This document shows positions 1 to 9,512 of a stretch of 59,002 nt of DNA, piece after piece. The DNA is from Gemmatimonadota bacterium (GTDB taxonomy: Bacteria; Orphanbacterota; Orphanbacteria; Orphanbacterales; Orphanbacteraceae): positions 1 through 59,002 of the forward strand of contig JAGUYC010000313.1 in the NCBI GenBank assembly GCA_020061515.1. Reading direction: 5' to 3'. How positions within the stretch are numbered: the first letter of the stretch is position 1; every line of letters begins with the position of its first letter. Under the pieces are notes generated by a model. The model saw nothing but the letters and a program-made list of their open reading frames with translations, was not told where the DNA came from and searched no databases. Both the position numbers and the translations under genes were made by a program.

Positions 1-1055
1 AGCCCGGCGAGGAGAAGGGCCGCGGCGAGCGAGGCCGGGAGCACGTGGATCGCATCGTAGCGGCTCTCCGCCTGCAAGAGAAGACCGATCCCGAAGACGA
101 CGATGGCCGCGCAGGCGCGATCTTCGGACGCGAGAGGCGTTCGGTCGCGGAGCGACCTTGCGATGCTTCGCGCGACGAGGATCGCGGAGAGACCGACGGC
201 TGCGATCGGAAGGTAGAAGCGAAGGGACGCGGCCGGCATCCGCGGGGATTGAGCGACGAAGACGGCTTCGATCGACTCGAAGGACTCGAGAAGGGGCGGG
301 AGGGGGAGGTGCCGCACCTCGCGAAAGGTCGTGAGGGGGAAGAGGAGCAGGTTCTCCGCGAGACGATCGAAACCGGCCTTCGACCCGAGCCATGCGTAGA
401 GGGGAACCGTCGCGAGAAGCGCCGCCCCGGCCGCCTTTCCGCAATCGATCAGGAACCGAGATCCGCGCGGGCCCGAGCCCGCGCCGTTCCCGCTCCCTCC
501 GAGCCGGCGGAGGGCCAGGGTCGCGAGGACCGCGGTCCCGGCGTACGCGCCGATGTCGATCCGAAAGAGCGTCGCGATTCCCGCGAGGAAGCCGGCGCCG
601 ACCGGCGCGCGCCGGGAGCCCTCCGGGGCGTCTCTCAAAGCGGCCTCGATCGCGGCGAAGCCGAAGAGGAGCGCGGGAAAGATCGGGTATCCATAATTGA
701 ACGCAGAAGCAAGGAGGAGCGCGATCGCCCCATAGGGAACGAGAGCAAGGCTCCGGAAGCGTGCCATGCGGGCGGCGAGGAGGTAGAGGAGAAGCGCGAG
801 CAGACCGCGGACGATCGTGTCGTACAGGCGAGCGGCGAGGACCGTCTCACCGGCCGCTCGGAAGACCGCCGCGATCGCGTAGGCCTGGCCGGGCGGGTAG
901 ATCGTCCAGAAGTCGCGGAAGGGAACCTCCCCGTGAAGAACGCGCATCCCCCCCACGAGGGCGAGACCCTCGTCGTAAGGGTTCAGGGGAGACTTGACCG
1001 GAAGGGCGATCAGCAGGAGGCCGGCGAGGAGCGCGGCCGCGCGAAGCCCTCTCAT
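1..1055 (-). CDS. Polytopic membrane protein, GT-C (ArnT/PMT-like) glycosyltransferase candidate; 3' end runs off the window
   Basis: Absent from the ORF track because its stop is off-window. My reverse-strand translation from ATG 1053-1055 reads MRGLRAAALLAGLLLIALPVKSPLNPYDEGLALVGGMRVLHGEVPFRDFWTIYPPGQAYA... followed by many hydrophobic helices. ATGA start/stop overlap with the upstream gene (stop 1052-1054). Confidence 0.55.
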   Translation of the reverse strand, partial: MRGLRAAALLAGLLLIALPVKSPLNPYDEGLALVGGMRVLHGEVPFRDFWTIYPPGQAYAIAAVFRAAGETVLAARLYDTIVRGLLALLLYLLAARMARFRSLALVPYGAIALLLASAFNYGYPIFPALLFGFAAIEAALRDAPEGSRRAPVGAGFLAGIATLFRIDIGAYAGTAVLATLALRRLGGSGNGAGSGPRGSRFLIDCGKAAGAALLATVPLYAWLGSKAGFDRLAENLLLFPLTTFREVRHLPLPPLLESFESIEAVFVAQSPRMPAASLRFYLPIAAVGLSAILVARSIARSLRDRTPLASEDRACAAIVVFGIGLLLQAESRYDAIHVLPASLAAALLLAG

Positions 1056-2563
1056 CTCGCCCGACGGACCACGACGAGCACCTCGTCCGGCGCGGGAGGG
1101 GGCGGGGGCGAATCGGGGAACGCGGCGCGGATTTTCCTCTCGGGAAACACGAGCTCAGCCCATGCCTGGACCGAGTAATCGGTGAGAGGAGCGACGTACG
1201 CGATCGGAGAACCCGGCCGGACCGGGAAGAGGAAGGGAAGATCCGCCGCCTCGAGCGTGCTCCCTCCGGGGGCGCCTCGAATCTTCTTCTCGAGCGACTC
1301 GAGGAAGCGGAGCGTCTTCGCGTTCGCCTCGCTCCACTCGGTGCGGCGTTCGAAAGGAGGCGCGTTCCGGATCTCTTCCGCGAGAAGCGAGAGAAGAAGG
1401 ACGCAAACCGCTGCGGCGGGGATCCGGACGGCCGCGCGTCCTTTCCCTCGAACACCGCGTACTGCTTCATCCATAAACCATCCAAAGAGAAGCGCGAAGG
1501 GCGCGACGGTGTGAAGGACGTACCAGGGGAAGAGAGCCTGAGAAAAGCCGTGAATCCCCCATCCGAGAAGGAGCCAAGCCCAAGCGAGAAGCGCCGCGGC
1601 CCGCGCGCGGGGTCGGCGGAGGAGGAAGAGCGAGAGGACGAGGAAGATGAAGAGAAGCGAAACGCGCGCGGCGGGCGTCGGGAGCGCGTTTGCGAACAGC
1701 GGGTAGGGATAATAGGTCATCCGTTGGAAGGCGGGGAGGATGCCCGCGGCGTGAGCCAGGAAGTCCCCCGGCGCGAGGGGACCGCGCCCCCCGAATCCAC
1801 CGAGAACCGCGCCTCTTGCGAGAAGAAAGAGAAGAAGCGCGCCGAACGACAGAAGCGCGGCGCTCGCGGCCTTCCGTATCCGTGCGAGCCCGCTCTCTCC
1901 GGGCGCGAGAAGCCGCGCCGCGAGGAGCAAGAAGGGGGCGATCGCGCCGCTCTCCTTCGACCCCGCGGCGAGGAAAGAGAAGACCGCCGGAAGCCAAATC
2001 CCCTTTCGACCGCCGAGCTCCGAGGAGAGAAGGACGAGGAGAACGAAGAGGAGCGCGAGCGTGTCGGCGCGGCGGGCGAGCACCGGCAGGATGTTGAGGT
2101 GAACCGGATGGGAGAGGAAGTAGAGGCCCGCGAGGGATCCGGCGAGGGAGAGGCGTCGCCGGCCGGGCCCGCTCGCGAGGCGCGCGAGGAGAAACGCGCA
2201 CGCGGCGGCGAGCAGGATGTCGGTGAGATGATACCCGCGCGCCGTGAGGCCGTGGAGCGCATGGTCGAGAGCGACGGAGAGGTTGAGGACGGGGCGGTAG
2301 AAATGCCCGAGGGTGTAGCGGCCGTCGAGCATTTCCTCCGTGAAGGTCCCCCGGAAATCGGACAAGCTCTGGACGCGCGAGGTGAGAATGAGGGGGTAGG
2401 TGTCGTGCCCCAAGAAGGAGAGGTCGAGGGACTCCCCGTAGAAGTAGAAGGTCAGGGCCAGACTCGCGAGGAGGGGCGCGATGAAGAGAAGGAAGAGGCG
2501 GGCGCGGCCGCTCGCGAGGCGGTCCGCGCCGGCTCGATCGCGCATCTCGATCTGCCGGTCCAT
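1052..2563 (-). CDS. Polytopic membrane protein, GT-C (PMT_2/TMTC/ArnT-like) glycosyltransferase candidate
   Basis: Part of ORF 1052..2842. The first 93 codons are R/P-rich and implausible. ATG at 2561-2563 (MDRQIEM...) is followed by more than 10 hydrophobic helices. The loop GHFYRPVLNLSVALD resembles the conserved loop of ArnT/PMT-type enzymes (by eye only). Confidence 0.6.
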   Translation of the reverse strand: MDRQIEMRDRAGADRLASGRARLFLLFIAPLLASLALTFYFYGESLDLSFLGHDTYPLILTSRVQSLSDFRGTFTEEMLDGRYTLGHFYRPVLNLSVALDHALHGLTARGYHLTDILLAAACAFLLARLASGPGRRRLSLAGSLAGLYFLSHPVHLNILPVLARRADTLALLFVLLVLLSSELGGRKGIWLPAVFSFLAAGSKESGAIAPFLLLAARLLAPGESGLARIRKAASAALLSFGALLLFLLARGAVLGGFGGRGPLAPGDFLAHAAGILPAFQRMTYYPYPLFANALPTPAARVSLLFIFLVLSLFLLRRPRARAAALLAWAWLLLGWGIHGFSQALFPWYVLHTVAPFALLFGWFMDEAVRGVRGKGRAAVRIPAAAVCVLLLSLLAEEIRNAPPFERRTEWSEANAKTLRFLESLEKKIRGAPGGSTLEAADLPFLFPVRPGSPIAYVAPLTDYSVQAWAELVFPERKIRAAFPDSPPPPPAPDEVLVVVRRAR

Positions 2564-2741
2564 CGCCGATTCGTTCTCCCGTCGCGCGGCGAGCGTAGCA
2601 TGGCGGTACTCTCCCTCCAACCTTCTCACGCGCCCCTTCTTGATACGAAGGGTTTTCCGGGATTCGATGAGTGACCCGCAGGCAGTGGAGAGGCGAGAGG
2701 GGAGAGGGGATCGATCGCGAGCGGCGCGAACAGACCGCACC

Positions 2742-2788
2742 GGAAATGGTGACAGACACCATTGAGGAAGATGTCGGTCACCATTTCC
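2742..2788. repeat. 17-bp imperfect inverted repeat (GGAAATGGTGACAGACA / TGTCGGTCACCATTTCC) with 13-nt spacer
   Basis: Read directly. The arms at 2742-2758 and 2772-2788 are reverse complements with one mismatch. It lies in the ~500-bp spacer between the GH16 stop (3063) and the GT-C gene start (2563). Confidence 0.5.
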
Positions 2789-3062
2789 GCGGTGCGCGAG
2801 GGGTGTCTGAGCCGGCATCCTCTTGCCCCGCGCCCCGGCCAAGAAAATACCCGGCGTGTTTCTGTCGGATGGGGGCGAACAGAACGTACGCTCCGGTCTC
2901 TCCTGAGAGTTCCCCTCTTGATTCTACCGACGCGAAATCTTCGTGCCGGAAGCGATCGCGCCCTTCCTCGTCCTCGATTCCGTGGGGACACAGCGGATCG
3001 ATTCGAGGAGACGATGTCGTTCGAACTTGGCCGGATTCGTCCGGCGTGTACCGCGCGTCTCC

Positions 3063-4859
3063 CTACTGGACCAGCGTCATCTTCTTCGCCTCGCGGTGCT
3101 CCCCGGATTCGAGACGGTAGAAGTAGGTACCCGAGCTCGCGGGCCTGCCCGTGTCATCCCGTCCGTTCCACTGGAGCGAGTTCGGCCCCGCATTCCCGAT
3201 TCCGCGGAATCCCGTCACTCGACGACCGGCGGCATCGAGGATGACGATCTCGTACGGCCCGCCCGAAGGCAAATCGAAGCGGATCTCGGTGAGGGCGTTG
3301 AAGGGGTTCGGTGCGTTTGGAAGAAGTTTGATCCCTCGACGGTCGACCGTGTCGGGTTCTTTGATTCCCGTGGAAATGCCGCTGTCCCAGTAGATGTCGT
3401 CCAGGGCGAACTCGCACGCCGTACCGTTCTCTTCGAGGATGACGAACGCGTAGCTCAGCATGCGAAGATCGATGAAGAGCCCGCGGATCTCGCTGACTGG
3501 AATCGACGCCTGCCCCCATTCGCCGTCGCGCATCAGACCGTACTTCGTCGTATACGCCGGGAAGGAAACATACGATTGGTTGCCCCAGGCGTCGATGATG
3601 CCGATCTTGAAGGTGACGTTCGCCGGGATCTTGATCATGAACTTGATCTGTCCATCACCGAAGTCGAACAGGTTGAGGGGCTGGATCGACATGATGCCGG
3701 CGCCGAACCAGCCGAGACCCGTCGTCTGCCACGAGATGCCGTTGGGGCCCTCATAGGGAGGAATGAAACCGTCGGTCAGGGTGCCTTCCCACACGTAGAT
3801 CTCGGAGGAGACACCCGCCTCCAGATCTCCGTTCGTCGGCGTTTCATCGGTGAAGATCCCGAAAACTCCGCTCTCCGCATCGGGGGGACCGAGATGGACT
3901 TCGCCCTGACCGTTCCATTCATAGACTCGGATGTAATCGATGTCCATCTCCGCTGGGAACGGCATCGTGACCGGGAGGCCGCTGCCGGGATCACCGAGGT
4001 TGTACGCGTCGGTGAACACCCCGCCGACGGCGAGGTTGGCGATCAGATAGAAGGGGCTTCGAAACTCGTCGGATTCGCCGTCGATGGTGAAGGGAGACTC
4101 GTACAGGTCGTATTCGGCAGCGCCGTCGACAACGGTGAAACGCAGGCTGTTCTCGTCCCAGTACAATCGGTACGTCAGGAAACGGTCGACCAGCGGAGGC
4201 GCATAGCTGTAGTAGGGACGGCAGTACACATCGTCGGGATCCCAAGAGAGACTGGCAGCTCCGGAGGGATTCTCCGGCGTGACCGCGTCATCGGAGTAGA
4301 AGATGGCGTTGGCTCCGACCACCTCGTTGACCGTGGAGTTGTCGAGGCCGTTCCCGCCGTTGTGCGTGTCGTGCAGATCGCGGAAGGCTTTTCTGGCTCC
4401 CATCTCCATCAGATCGATCTCGCCGTTCCGGGGCCATGCGTAGTTGGCGGTGCCCAAGAGCCAGACAGCGGGCCAGCCGCCCAGATCGAGATCCGGGATC
4501 CTGACTCGTGTCTCGATCATGCCGTACCGGATGCTGGCGAACGATTTGCTGATGACCTTTCCGGATGTGTAGCTCAGGGGATTCCCCCACTGATCGACGA
4601 TGCCCGGGCCGCTCTCCTCCTTGGCCGTGATGCGGAGAGCCGTGTTCCCCGGTTCCCCCGGAATCGCCGCGATCGTGACGTTCTCTTCTTTGTAGAACTC
4701 CAGCTCACCGTTTCCCCAGCCCCAATACCCGTTCCCCGTGATCTTGAGCCAGTTGTCCAGATCGTCGAAATCCTCTTCCCAGATCAGAGCGCCGACCTTG
4801 GCATGTGCGGTGCCCGCAACGACGATCGCGGCCGCGAGCCAACATAGGATCTTCTTCAC
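3063..4859 (-). CDS. Secreted GH16 endo-beta-1,3-glucanase (laminarinase-type) with an extra beta-sandwich module and a FlgD-Ig/T9SS-like C-terminal domain
   Basis: In-frame GTG 4857-4859 preceded by GGGAGA. Signal peptide KKILCWLAAAIVVAGTAHA. GH16 catalytic strand GEIDLMEM. The C-terminal ~80 aa read NPFNALTEIRFDLP...AAGRRV...WNGRDDTGRPASSGTYFYRL. The upstream part of ORF 3063..5516 is R/G-rich shadow sequence. Confidence 0.85.
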   Translation of the reverse strand: MKKILCWLAAAIVVAGTAHAKVGALIWEEDFDDLDNWLKITGNGYWGWGNGELEFYKEENVTIAAIPGEPGNTALRITAKEESGPGIVDQWGNPLSYTSGKVISKSFASIRYGMIETRVRIPDLDLGGWPAVWLLGTANYAWPRNGEIDLMEMGARKAFRDLHDTHNGGNGLDNSTVNEVVGANAIFYSDDAVTPENPSGAASLSWDPDDVYCRPYYSYAPPLVDRFLTYRLYWDENSLRFTVVDGAAEYDLYESPFTIDGESDEFRSPFYLIANLAVGGVFTDAYNLGDPGSGLPVTMPFPAEMDIDYIRVYEWNGQGEVHLGPPDAESGVFGIFTDETPTNGDLEAGVSSEIYVWEGTLTDGFIPPYEGPNGISWQTTGLGWFGAGIMSIQPLNLFDFGDGQIKFMIKIPANVTFKIGIIDAWGNQSYVSFPAYTTKYGLMRDGEWGQASIPVSEIRGLFIDLRMLSYAFVILEENGTACEFALDDIYWDSGISTGIKEPDTVDRRGIKLLPNAPNPFNALTEIRFDLPSGGPYEIVILDAAGRRVTGFRGIGNAGPNSLQWNGRDDTGRPASSGTYFYRLESGEHREAKKMTLVQ

Positions 4860-4930
4860 GATGGTTCTCCCGATGCGAAAAGGGGCCGCCCCCCGGAAGG
4901 AGGCGGCCCCATGAGTCCGATCGAGCCGTG

Positions 4931-5542
4931 CTAGCGGTACAAGGACTTGATGCCGCCCCAGCTCGCCGCTTCCGTAGCGGTCGTTCCCTGGTCGAGGCTG
5001 ACGTTGTCCACGCGCACGAGGCAGGTCGAGCCCACGGTCGCGCCGGTGGCGGCCACGAACTGGATGGTCAGGAAGCTCGTACCCGCCGGCGCCTCGAACG
5101 AATTGGCGTAGTTCGTCCATTGCCACGGGAACAGCGGTCCCAACAGACCGCTGCCGCCGATGACGCCGCCTCCGGCCTGCTCCGCGAACATCTCGACGAA
5201 GAGGACTCCGCCCAGGTCCGACTGATCCAGCTTCAGGTCGAACGAGTAGAAGACCGTCCCCGGACCCGCGCTGCCTTCCGGAGTCGACTGCTTGAGGACG
5301 AGGCCGACCGCCTCCGCCTGATTGTTCATGAACGCGTAGTACGTCCCCGGCGCCGACGGACCGTTGTCGCCGGACTGGACCGTCACGTTCGAGCTGGGGC
5401 TCTGCCCGAAGACGAGCCAGCCGGTCAGATCTCCCGACTCGAATCCCGGATTCGTGACGAGGTTCGCGGCCGAGGCCGGCCCCGCCAGGGCGAAGGAGAG
5501 AAGAGCTACCGCGCATCCAACGAGCATTCTGCGAGTGTTCAT
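4931..5542 (-). CDS. Secreted CBM4_9-like carbohydrate-binding protein ending in ...ASWGGIKSLYR
   Basis: ATG 5540-5542 preceded by AAGGAAAGGGAA. Signal peptide ...LSFALAGPASA. NLVTNPGFESGDLTGW is typical of CBM4_9-type beta-sandwiches. Same strand as, and tightly spaced with, the neighbouring genes. Confidence 0.75.
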   Translation of the reverse strand: MNTRRMLVGCAVALLSFALAGPASAANLVTNPGFESGDLTGWLVFGQSPSSNVTVQSGDNGPSAPGTYYAFMNNQAEAVGLVLKQSTPEGSAGPGTVFYSFDLKLDQSDLGGVLFVEMFAEQAGGGVIGGSGLLGPLFPWQWTNYANSFEAPAGTSFLTIQFVAATGATVGSTCLVRVDNVSLDQGTTATEAASWGGIKSLYR

Positions 5543-5614
5543 GTTCCCTTTCCTTTGCGAGGGCCCGGCCTTTGCCGGGCCCTCCGTGTACGAGGTGAAA
5601 TGCTGACGCGAGGA

Positions 5615-6313
5615 CTAACGGAACAGCGACTTCACACCGCCCCAGCTCGCGTCTTGGGTGGAGGTGGATCCTTCGGGGGCGAAGTTCACGTTGTCATAGA
5701 AGACGCCGCACGGCTCGTAGTTCGTGGCCATGGTCGAGAACCCGATCTGGAGGATCTGGCCGCCGAGCCCCGTGACGTCGATGCTCAGCAGGTAGCCCGT
5801 CCAGGTGACCGGTGTGGCGGTCATGTCCGCCGTGATGAAGTTGGTCATGATCCAACCGGCGTTCGGGTCCAGCGTCTTGATGAAGGCAAGCGCGGTGGAG
5901 CTGCCTCCCAGGTTGCCCATCTTGGCGTCGAACGTGAACTCCCAGACTCCGGTGGCGCCGGCGCCGACCGTCCACTCCTGGTAGAGGTTCGACTCGACCC
6001 AGTTGCCCGCCCCGTGATTGCCGTTGGCGTAGTCGCTGTAGACGACGATCTGCTGGGCTCCCTGATCGGGACCGCCCTCACCGGTGACGATGTCCTGCCA
6101 GTTGCCGATGTTGTTGACGGCGGCAAAGGGCCCGTAGCCGTAGATGTAGCCTCCGCCCGGATTGAAGACGTTTCCGTAGTTCCACCAGCCGTCGCCGGCC
6201 AGCGATCCGTTGACCGGGGCGAGGCCCTCGAAGTTCTGGCTGTACGGCACCTGCGCCCATCCCAGAGCGGGGATCAGCACGGCAAGAGAAAGAGCGATAG
6301 CGCATGTCTTCAT
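5615..6313 (-). CDS. Secreted beta-sandwich protein (paralog of 23528-24499) ending in ...ASWGGVKSLFR
   Basis: ATG 6311-6313 preceded by AAAGGAGA. Signal peptide MKTCAIALSLAVLIPALGWAQ. By eye roughly half of residues are identical to the 23528-24499 product (e.g. IVTGEGG, FDAK.GN..GSSTA.AFIKTLDP, TNFIT, ATNYE..G.FYDNV). Confidence 0.8.
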   Translation of the reverse strand: MKTCAIALSLAVLIPALGWAQVPYSQNFEGLAPVNGSLAGDGWWNYGNVFNPGGGYIYGYGPFAAVNNIGNWQDIVTGEGGPDQGAQQIVVYSDYANGNHGAGNWVESNLYQEWTVGAGATGVWEFTFDAKMGNLGGSSTALAFIKTLDPNAGWIMTNFITADMTATPVTWTGYLLSIDVTGLGGQILQIGFSTMATNYEPCGVFYDNVNFAPEGSTSTQDASWGGVKSLFR

Positions 6314-6429
6314 CTGTCGTCTCCTTTCTTCGACTTCTTCCAATGTCTTTCCGGCACGCTCGTCTTCGAGAACTCCTCGGGTCTGACGATCGATCCCTCG
6401 CACGCCTTTCGAAGGATCTCGACACCGGA

Positions 6430-6459
6430 ATTATAGACAATGTTCGGTGCCCAAATCAA
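6430..6459 (-). promoter_or_regulatory. Sigma70-like promoter copy (TTGATT-N18-TATAAT) carrying a CCGAAC half-site; third copy of the locus control element
   Basis: The reverse strand reads TTGATTTGGGCACCGAACATTGTCTATAAT. The 18 nt CCGAACAT(T)GT(C)TATAAT match the + strand copies at 16563-16580 and 23263-23280 apart from two substitutions. It points at the 5615-6313 / 4931-5542 / 3063-4859 gene string. Confidence 0.55.
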
Positions 6460-6466
6460 GCATAAA

Positions 6467-6481
6467 GTTCGGAAACCGAAC
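6467..6481. promoter_or_regulatory. Perfect palindrome GTTCGG-AAA-CCGAAC (putative operator)
   Basis: Read directly. Same half-sites and 3-nt spacer as the palindromes at 16554-16568 and 23254-23268. It lies in the 529-bp divergent region between 6313(-) and 6843(+). Confidence 0.55.
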
Positions 6482-6842
6482 GAAGGTCCTTAACATCAAC
6501 AATTACAACAATTTGGACCTTTCTTTCTCGGCTTGTGCCGGTGGCGATACACCTCTTTGCGACCGGTCCCGTTCGGTTTCTGCCGGGCGAGTGTCCCCCG
6601 CAAGCCGGGCAGGGAATGGGGAGGCTCATCGACGGACGACCCCCTCTTGAGGCGGCGCCCGAGATTCCTTCTCAGGGACGCGGCATGACGTTCACCCAGC
6701 GCTTCTTGGCAGCGAGGGAGACTCGTGGGATCCATTGACACGACCTCGCAGCTCAGCCATACTTTGATCGGGCCCCGAACAAAGCGAACGCACGCGGGGT
6801 CCCTATTCGGAGAAGTCCTCGAATCGATGGCGGAGGCGTGAA

Positions 6843-8210
6843 ATGAAACGGAGAAAATGGAGCTTGCTTGCCGGAGGATTTTTACTCGCGATCCTCGCAC
6901 TCGCGGGCTGTTTCGGTAGGGACACGACCGGTTTGCCCGACGCGACCGCGAGCACGGACCCCGTGGTCTTCGATGACAACTTCGGCGACGCCGTCGATTT
7001 TCAGGCGTTTCTCGGGTCAAAGACGGATGCCGTCCAGATCGACATGGAGAACTCAAGGTCGGGAACGGCCTCCCTGAAGGTGACCGTGCCCGGCCCGGAC
7101 GCGGAGAACGGAACCTACGCCGGGGGCGCCTTTACGACCTTCAGAGCCCGCGACCTCTCCGGCTACAACGCCCTCACCTTCTACGCCAAGGCGAGCATGG
7201 ACGCCGCCCTCGACGTGGCCGGGCTCGGAAACGACAACACGGGAACCTCGCTCTACACGGCCGAGAGGCGCGGCCTCCCCCTGTCCACCGAGTGGGAATG
7301 GTACGTCGTCCCGATTCCGCTCCCCGAGAGGCTTTCGGTCGAGAAGGGCCTCTTCTTCTTCGCCGAGGGGTACGAGAACAACACGGGCTATACGATCTGG
7401 TTCGACGAGGTGCGGTTCGACAGCTTGGGCATCATCTCCAATCCTCGCCCGCACATGGCGACGGCGACCCTGGAGGCCTTCGTCGGAGCGAAGGTGGAGC
7501 CGGACAGCACGAGAGTCACCTTCGACGTGGACGGGGATTCCGTGGTGGTGACCCACATGCCTTCATACTTCGATTATCTCTCCTCCAACGAGGATGTGGC
7601 GGTCGTCTCCGGCGGATCGATCTCGATCGTGGGCGGGGGGAGCGCGACGATCACGGCGAAGCTGGACACAATCGACGTGATCGGGTCGCTGACCCTGAAC
7701 GTCCTCGCGCCGCCCTCTTCGCCGGCGCCTACTCCCACCTTGCCGCCGACGGACGTGATCTCCCTCTTCAGCGACGCATACACGGACATCGCCGTCGACG
7801 CATGGAACACGTACTGGCAATGGTCGACCGCGCAAGTCGAGGATTTCACGATCGCGGGAGACAGCGTCAAGCTCTACACGGAGCTCAACTTCGTGGGGAT
7901 CGATTTCTCCACGGTGACCGTCGACGCTTCCCAGATGACCCACTTCCACCTGGACGTGTGGGCTCCCGAAGGAACGAACATCAAGGTGAAGATCGTCGCG
8001 TTCAACGCGCTCGGCTTCTTCATCGGCGAGGCGGAGCTGACCTTCGACGGGAGCACGATCCCTGCTTTCGTGCCGGGCGTCTGGTCCTCTCTCGAGATCC
8101 CTCTGGCGGACTTCCCGCTCGCCGTGCCGCGCGATCACCTGGCGCAGCTCGTCCTCAGCTCGGACGACGCGAGAACCGTGTTCGTGGACAACGTCTACTT
8201 CCACAAGTAG
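6843..8210 (+). CDS. Surface lipoprotein with Big_2-like and CBM-like modules (putative glycan-binding protein)
   Basis: Signal peptide with lipobox LALAGC. The segment VAVVSGGSISIVGGGSATITAKL is Big_2-like. A Pro/Ser linker APPSSPAPTPTLPP is followed by a beta-sandwich-like C-terminal module. Sits within the glucan locus. Confidence 0.7.
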   Translation: MKRRKWSLLAGGFLLAILALAGCFGRDTTGLPDATASTDPVVFDDNFGDAVDFQAFLGSKTDAVQIDMENSRSGTASLKVTVPGPDAENGTYAGGAFTTFRARDLSGYNALTFYAKASMDAALDVAGLGNDNTGTSLYTAERRGLPLSTEWEWYVVPIPLPERLSVEKGLFFFAEGYENNTGYTIWFDEVRFDSLGIISNPRPHMATATLEAFVGAKVEPDSTRVTFDVDGDSVVVTHMPSYFDYLSSNEDVAVVSGGSISIVGGGSATITAKLDTIDVIGSLTLNVLAPPSSPAPTPTLPPTDVISLFSDAYTDIAVDAWNTYWQWSTAQVEDFTIAGDSVKLYTELNFVGIDFSTVTVDASQMTHFHLDVWAPEGTNIKVKIVAFNALGFFIGEAELTFDGSTIPAFVPGVWSSLEIPLADFPLAVPRDHLAQLVLSSDDARTVFVDNVYFHK

Positions 8211-8243
8211 GCTCTGCGGACGGCGCGAGAGAGGAGATCGGAT

Positions 8244-9512
8244 TTGCACGCCGATGACCGGATGCGGAAAGGAATGAGGCGGGCCGATCCCGATCGCCCC
8301 CGCCCGCTCGCCGACGCGGTGCTCCGCCTCATCTGGCGCGAACGCCGGATCTCGCGCGCCGAGATCGCGCGCCGGGCGGCTCTCTCGCGGTCCACCGTTT
8401 CGGAGATCGTGGGCGAGATCCTTCCCACGGGCCTCGTCGGCGAAAGCGGGATCGGCGTGTCCTGCGGAGGCCGGCGGCCGATCGTGCTCGAGTTCCGGGA
8501 CGACGCGTGCGTCATCCTCGGCGTGGAAATGGGCGCGGCCCACGTGGCCGCCGCGCTCACCAATCTCCGCGGAAGAGTGCTCGCTTGGGTGTCGAAGCCC
8601 CACCCGGTCCGCACCGATCCGGAGGGAACCCGGGCGCTCGTCGCCGAGCTTTGCGAAGCGTGCCTCCAGTCGAAGCCGAACGGCGAAAAGCCGCTCGTCG
8701 GAATCGGCGTCGCGGTCCCGAGCCCTGTCGACCCCTCCCGGCCGGACCGGCTCTCGAAGATTGTCCTCCCCGAATGGAACGAGCGTCTGGGTCTCGACGG
8801 CCTTCGCGGTCGATGGAACGTGCCCCTCCTCGTCGACAACGACGCCAACCTGGGCGCCCTCGCCGAGCATTGGTGGGGAGCGGGCCGGGGGGTGGACGAT
8901 TTCGCCTACATCAAGGTCGCCACAGGGATCGGATCGGGACACGTGATCGGCGGGGAGATCTACCGGGGCGCCACCGGCGTGGCCGGAGAGATCGGCCACG
9001 TCGCGATCGATCCCCAGGGGGAGCAGTGCATCTGTGGGCTCCGGGGCTGTCTCGCCACCCTTGTGGGCGGGCCGGCGCTCGTCGCTCGGGCGGCGGCGCT
9101 TCGGTCCGAGTATCCGGAAAGCCCGCTGGCCAGCTGCCAACCGACCATTGACGAGATCGAGAACGGGGCCCTCGCGGGCGACCCGCTCGCCCTCCGGATC
9201 GCCCGGGAGGCCGCGGAGCATCTCGGAATCGCAGTGGCGGGCCTCTTGAACCTCATGAATCCGGCGATGGTCGTCATCGCGGGGGATCTCGCCCGGCTCG
9301 GCGAGCTGCTTCTCGAGCCCCTTCGCGAGACGGTCAGGAAGCGAACCCTGGTCAGCTCCGTCGCCGCCGCCGAGATTCGAGCGAGCGAACTGGGACCCCA
9401 ATCGGTGGCCGTCGGCGCCGCCACTCTCGTCCTCAAGGCGGCTCTCTCCGACTCACGACTCTTCCCGGCGATCGAAGCCGAACCGGAAGAAAATTTAAGG
9501 ATCAAGAAGTGA
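8244..9512 (+). CDS. ROK-family transcriptional regulator (NagC/XylR-like)
   Basis: N-terminal wHTH ISRAEIARRAALSRSTVSEIVGEIL. ROK sugar-kinase fold with the zinc motif GHVAIDPQGEQCICGLRGCLATL. TTG start 8244 lies 7 nt after GAGGAG (in-frame ATG alternatives at 8262 and 8274). Confidence 0.85.
   Translation: MHADDRMRKGMRRADPDRPRPLADAVLRLIWRERRISRAEIARRAALSRSTVSEIVGEILPTGLVGESGIGVSCGGRRPIVLEFRDDACVILGVEMGAAHVAAALTNLRGRVLAWVSKPHPVRTDPEGTRALVAELCEACLQSKPNGEKPLVGIGVAVPSPVDPSRPDRLSKIVLPEWNERLGLDGLRGRWNVPLLVDNDANLGALAEHWWGAGRGVDDFAYIKVATGIGSGHVIGGEIYRGATGVAGEIGHVAIDPQGEQCICGLRGCLATLVGGPALVARAAALRSEYPESPLASCQPTIDEIENGALAGDPLALRIAREAAEHLGIAVAGLLNLMNPAMVVIAGDLARLGELLLEPLRETVRKRTLVSSVAAAEIRASELGPQSVAVGAATLVLKAALSDSRLFPAIEAEPEENLRIKK

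Noticed and set aside
2742-2788. The inverted repeat as a rho-independent terminator of the GH16 gene string.
   Set aside because: It lies ~275 nt beyond the stop at 3063 and has no U-tract on either strand. It is kept only as an unexplained inverted repeat or possible operator.
4860-5516. N-terminal extensions of several track ORFs: 3063..5516, 11867..15454, 21438..23270, 23285..24499, 52200..53210, 57686..58231 and 58135..58746.
   Set aside because: The extended regions are R/G/P-rich, overlap upstream genes or lack signal peptides. Internal ATG or GTG codons with good Shine-Dalgarno sequences yield canonical signal peptides or family-typical N-termini.
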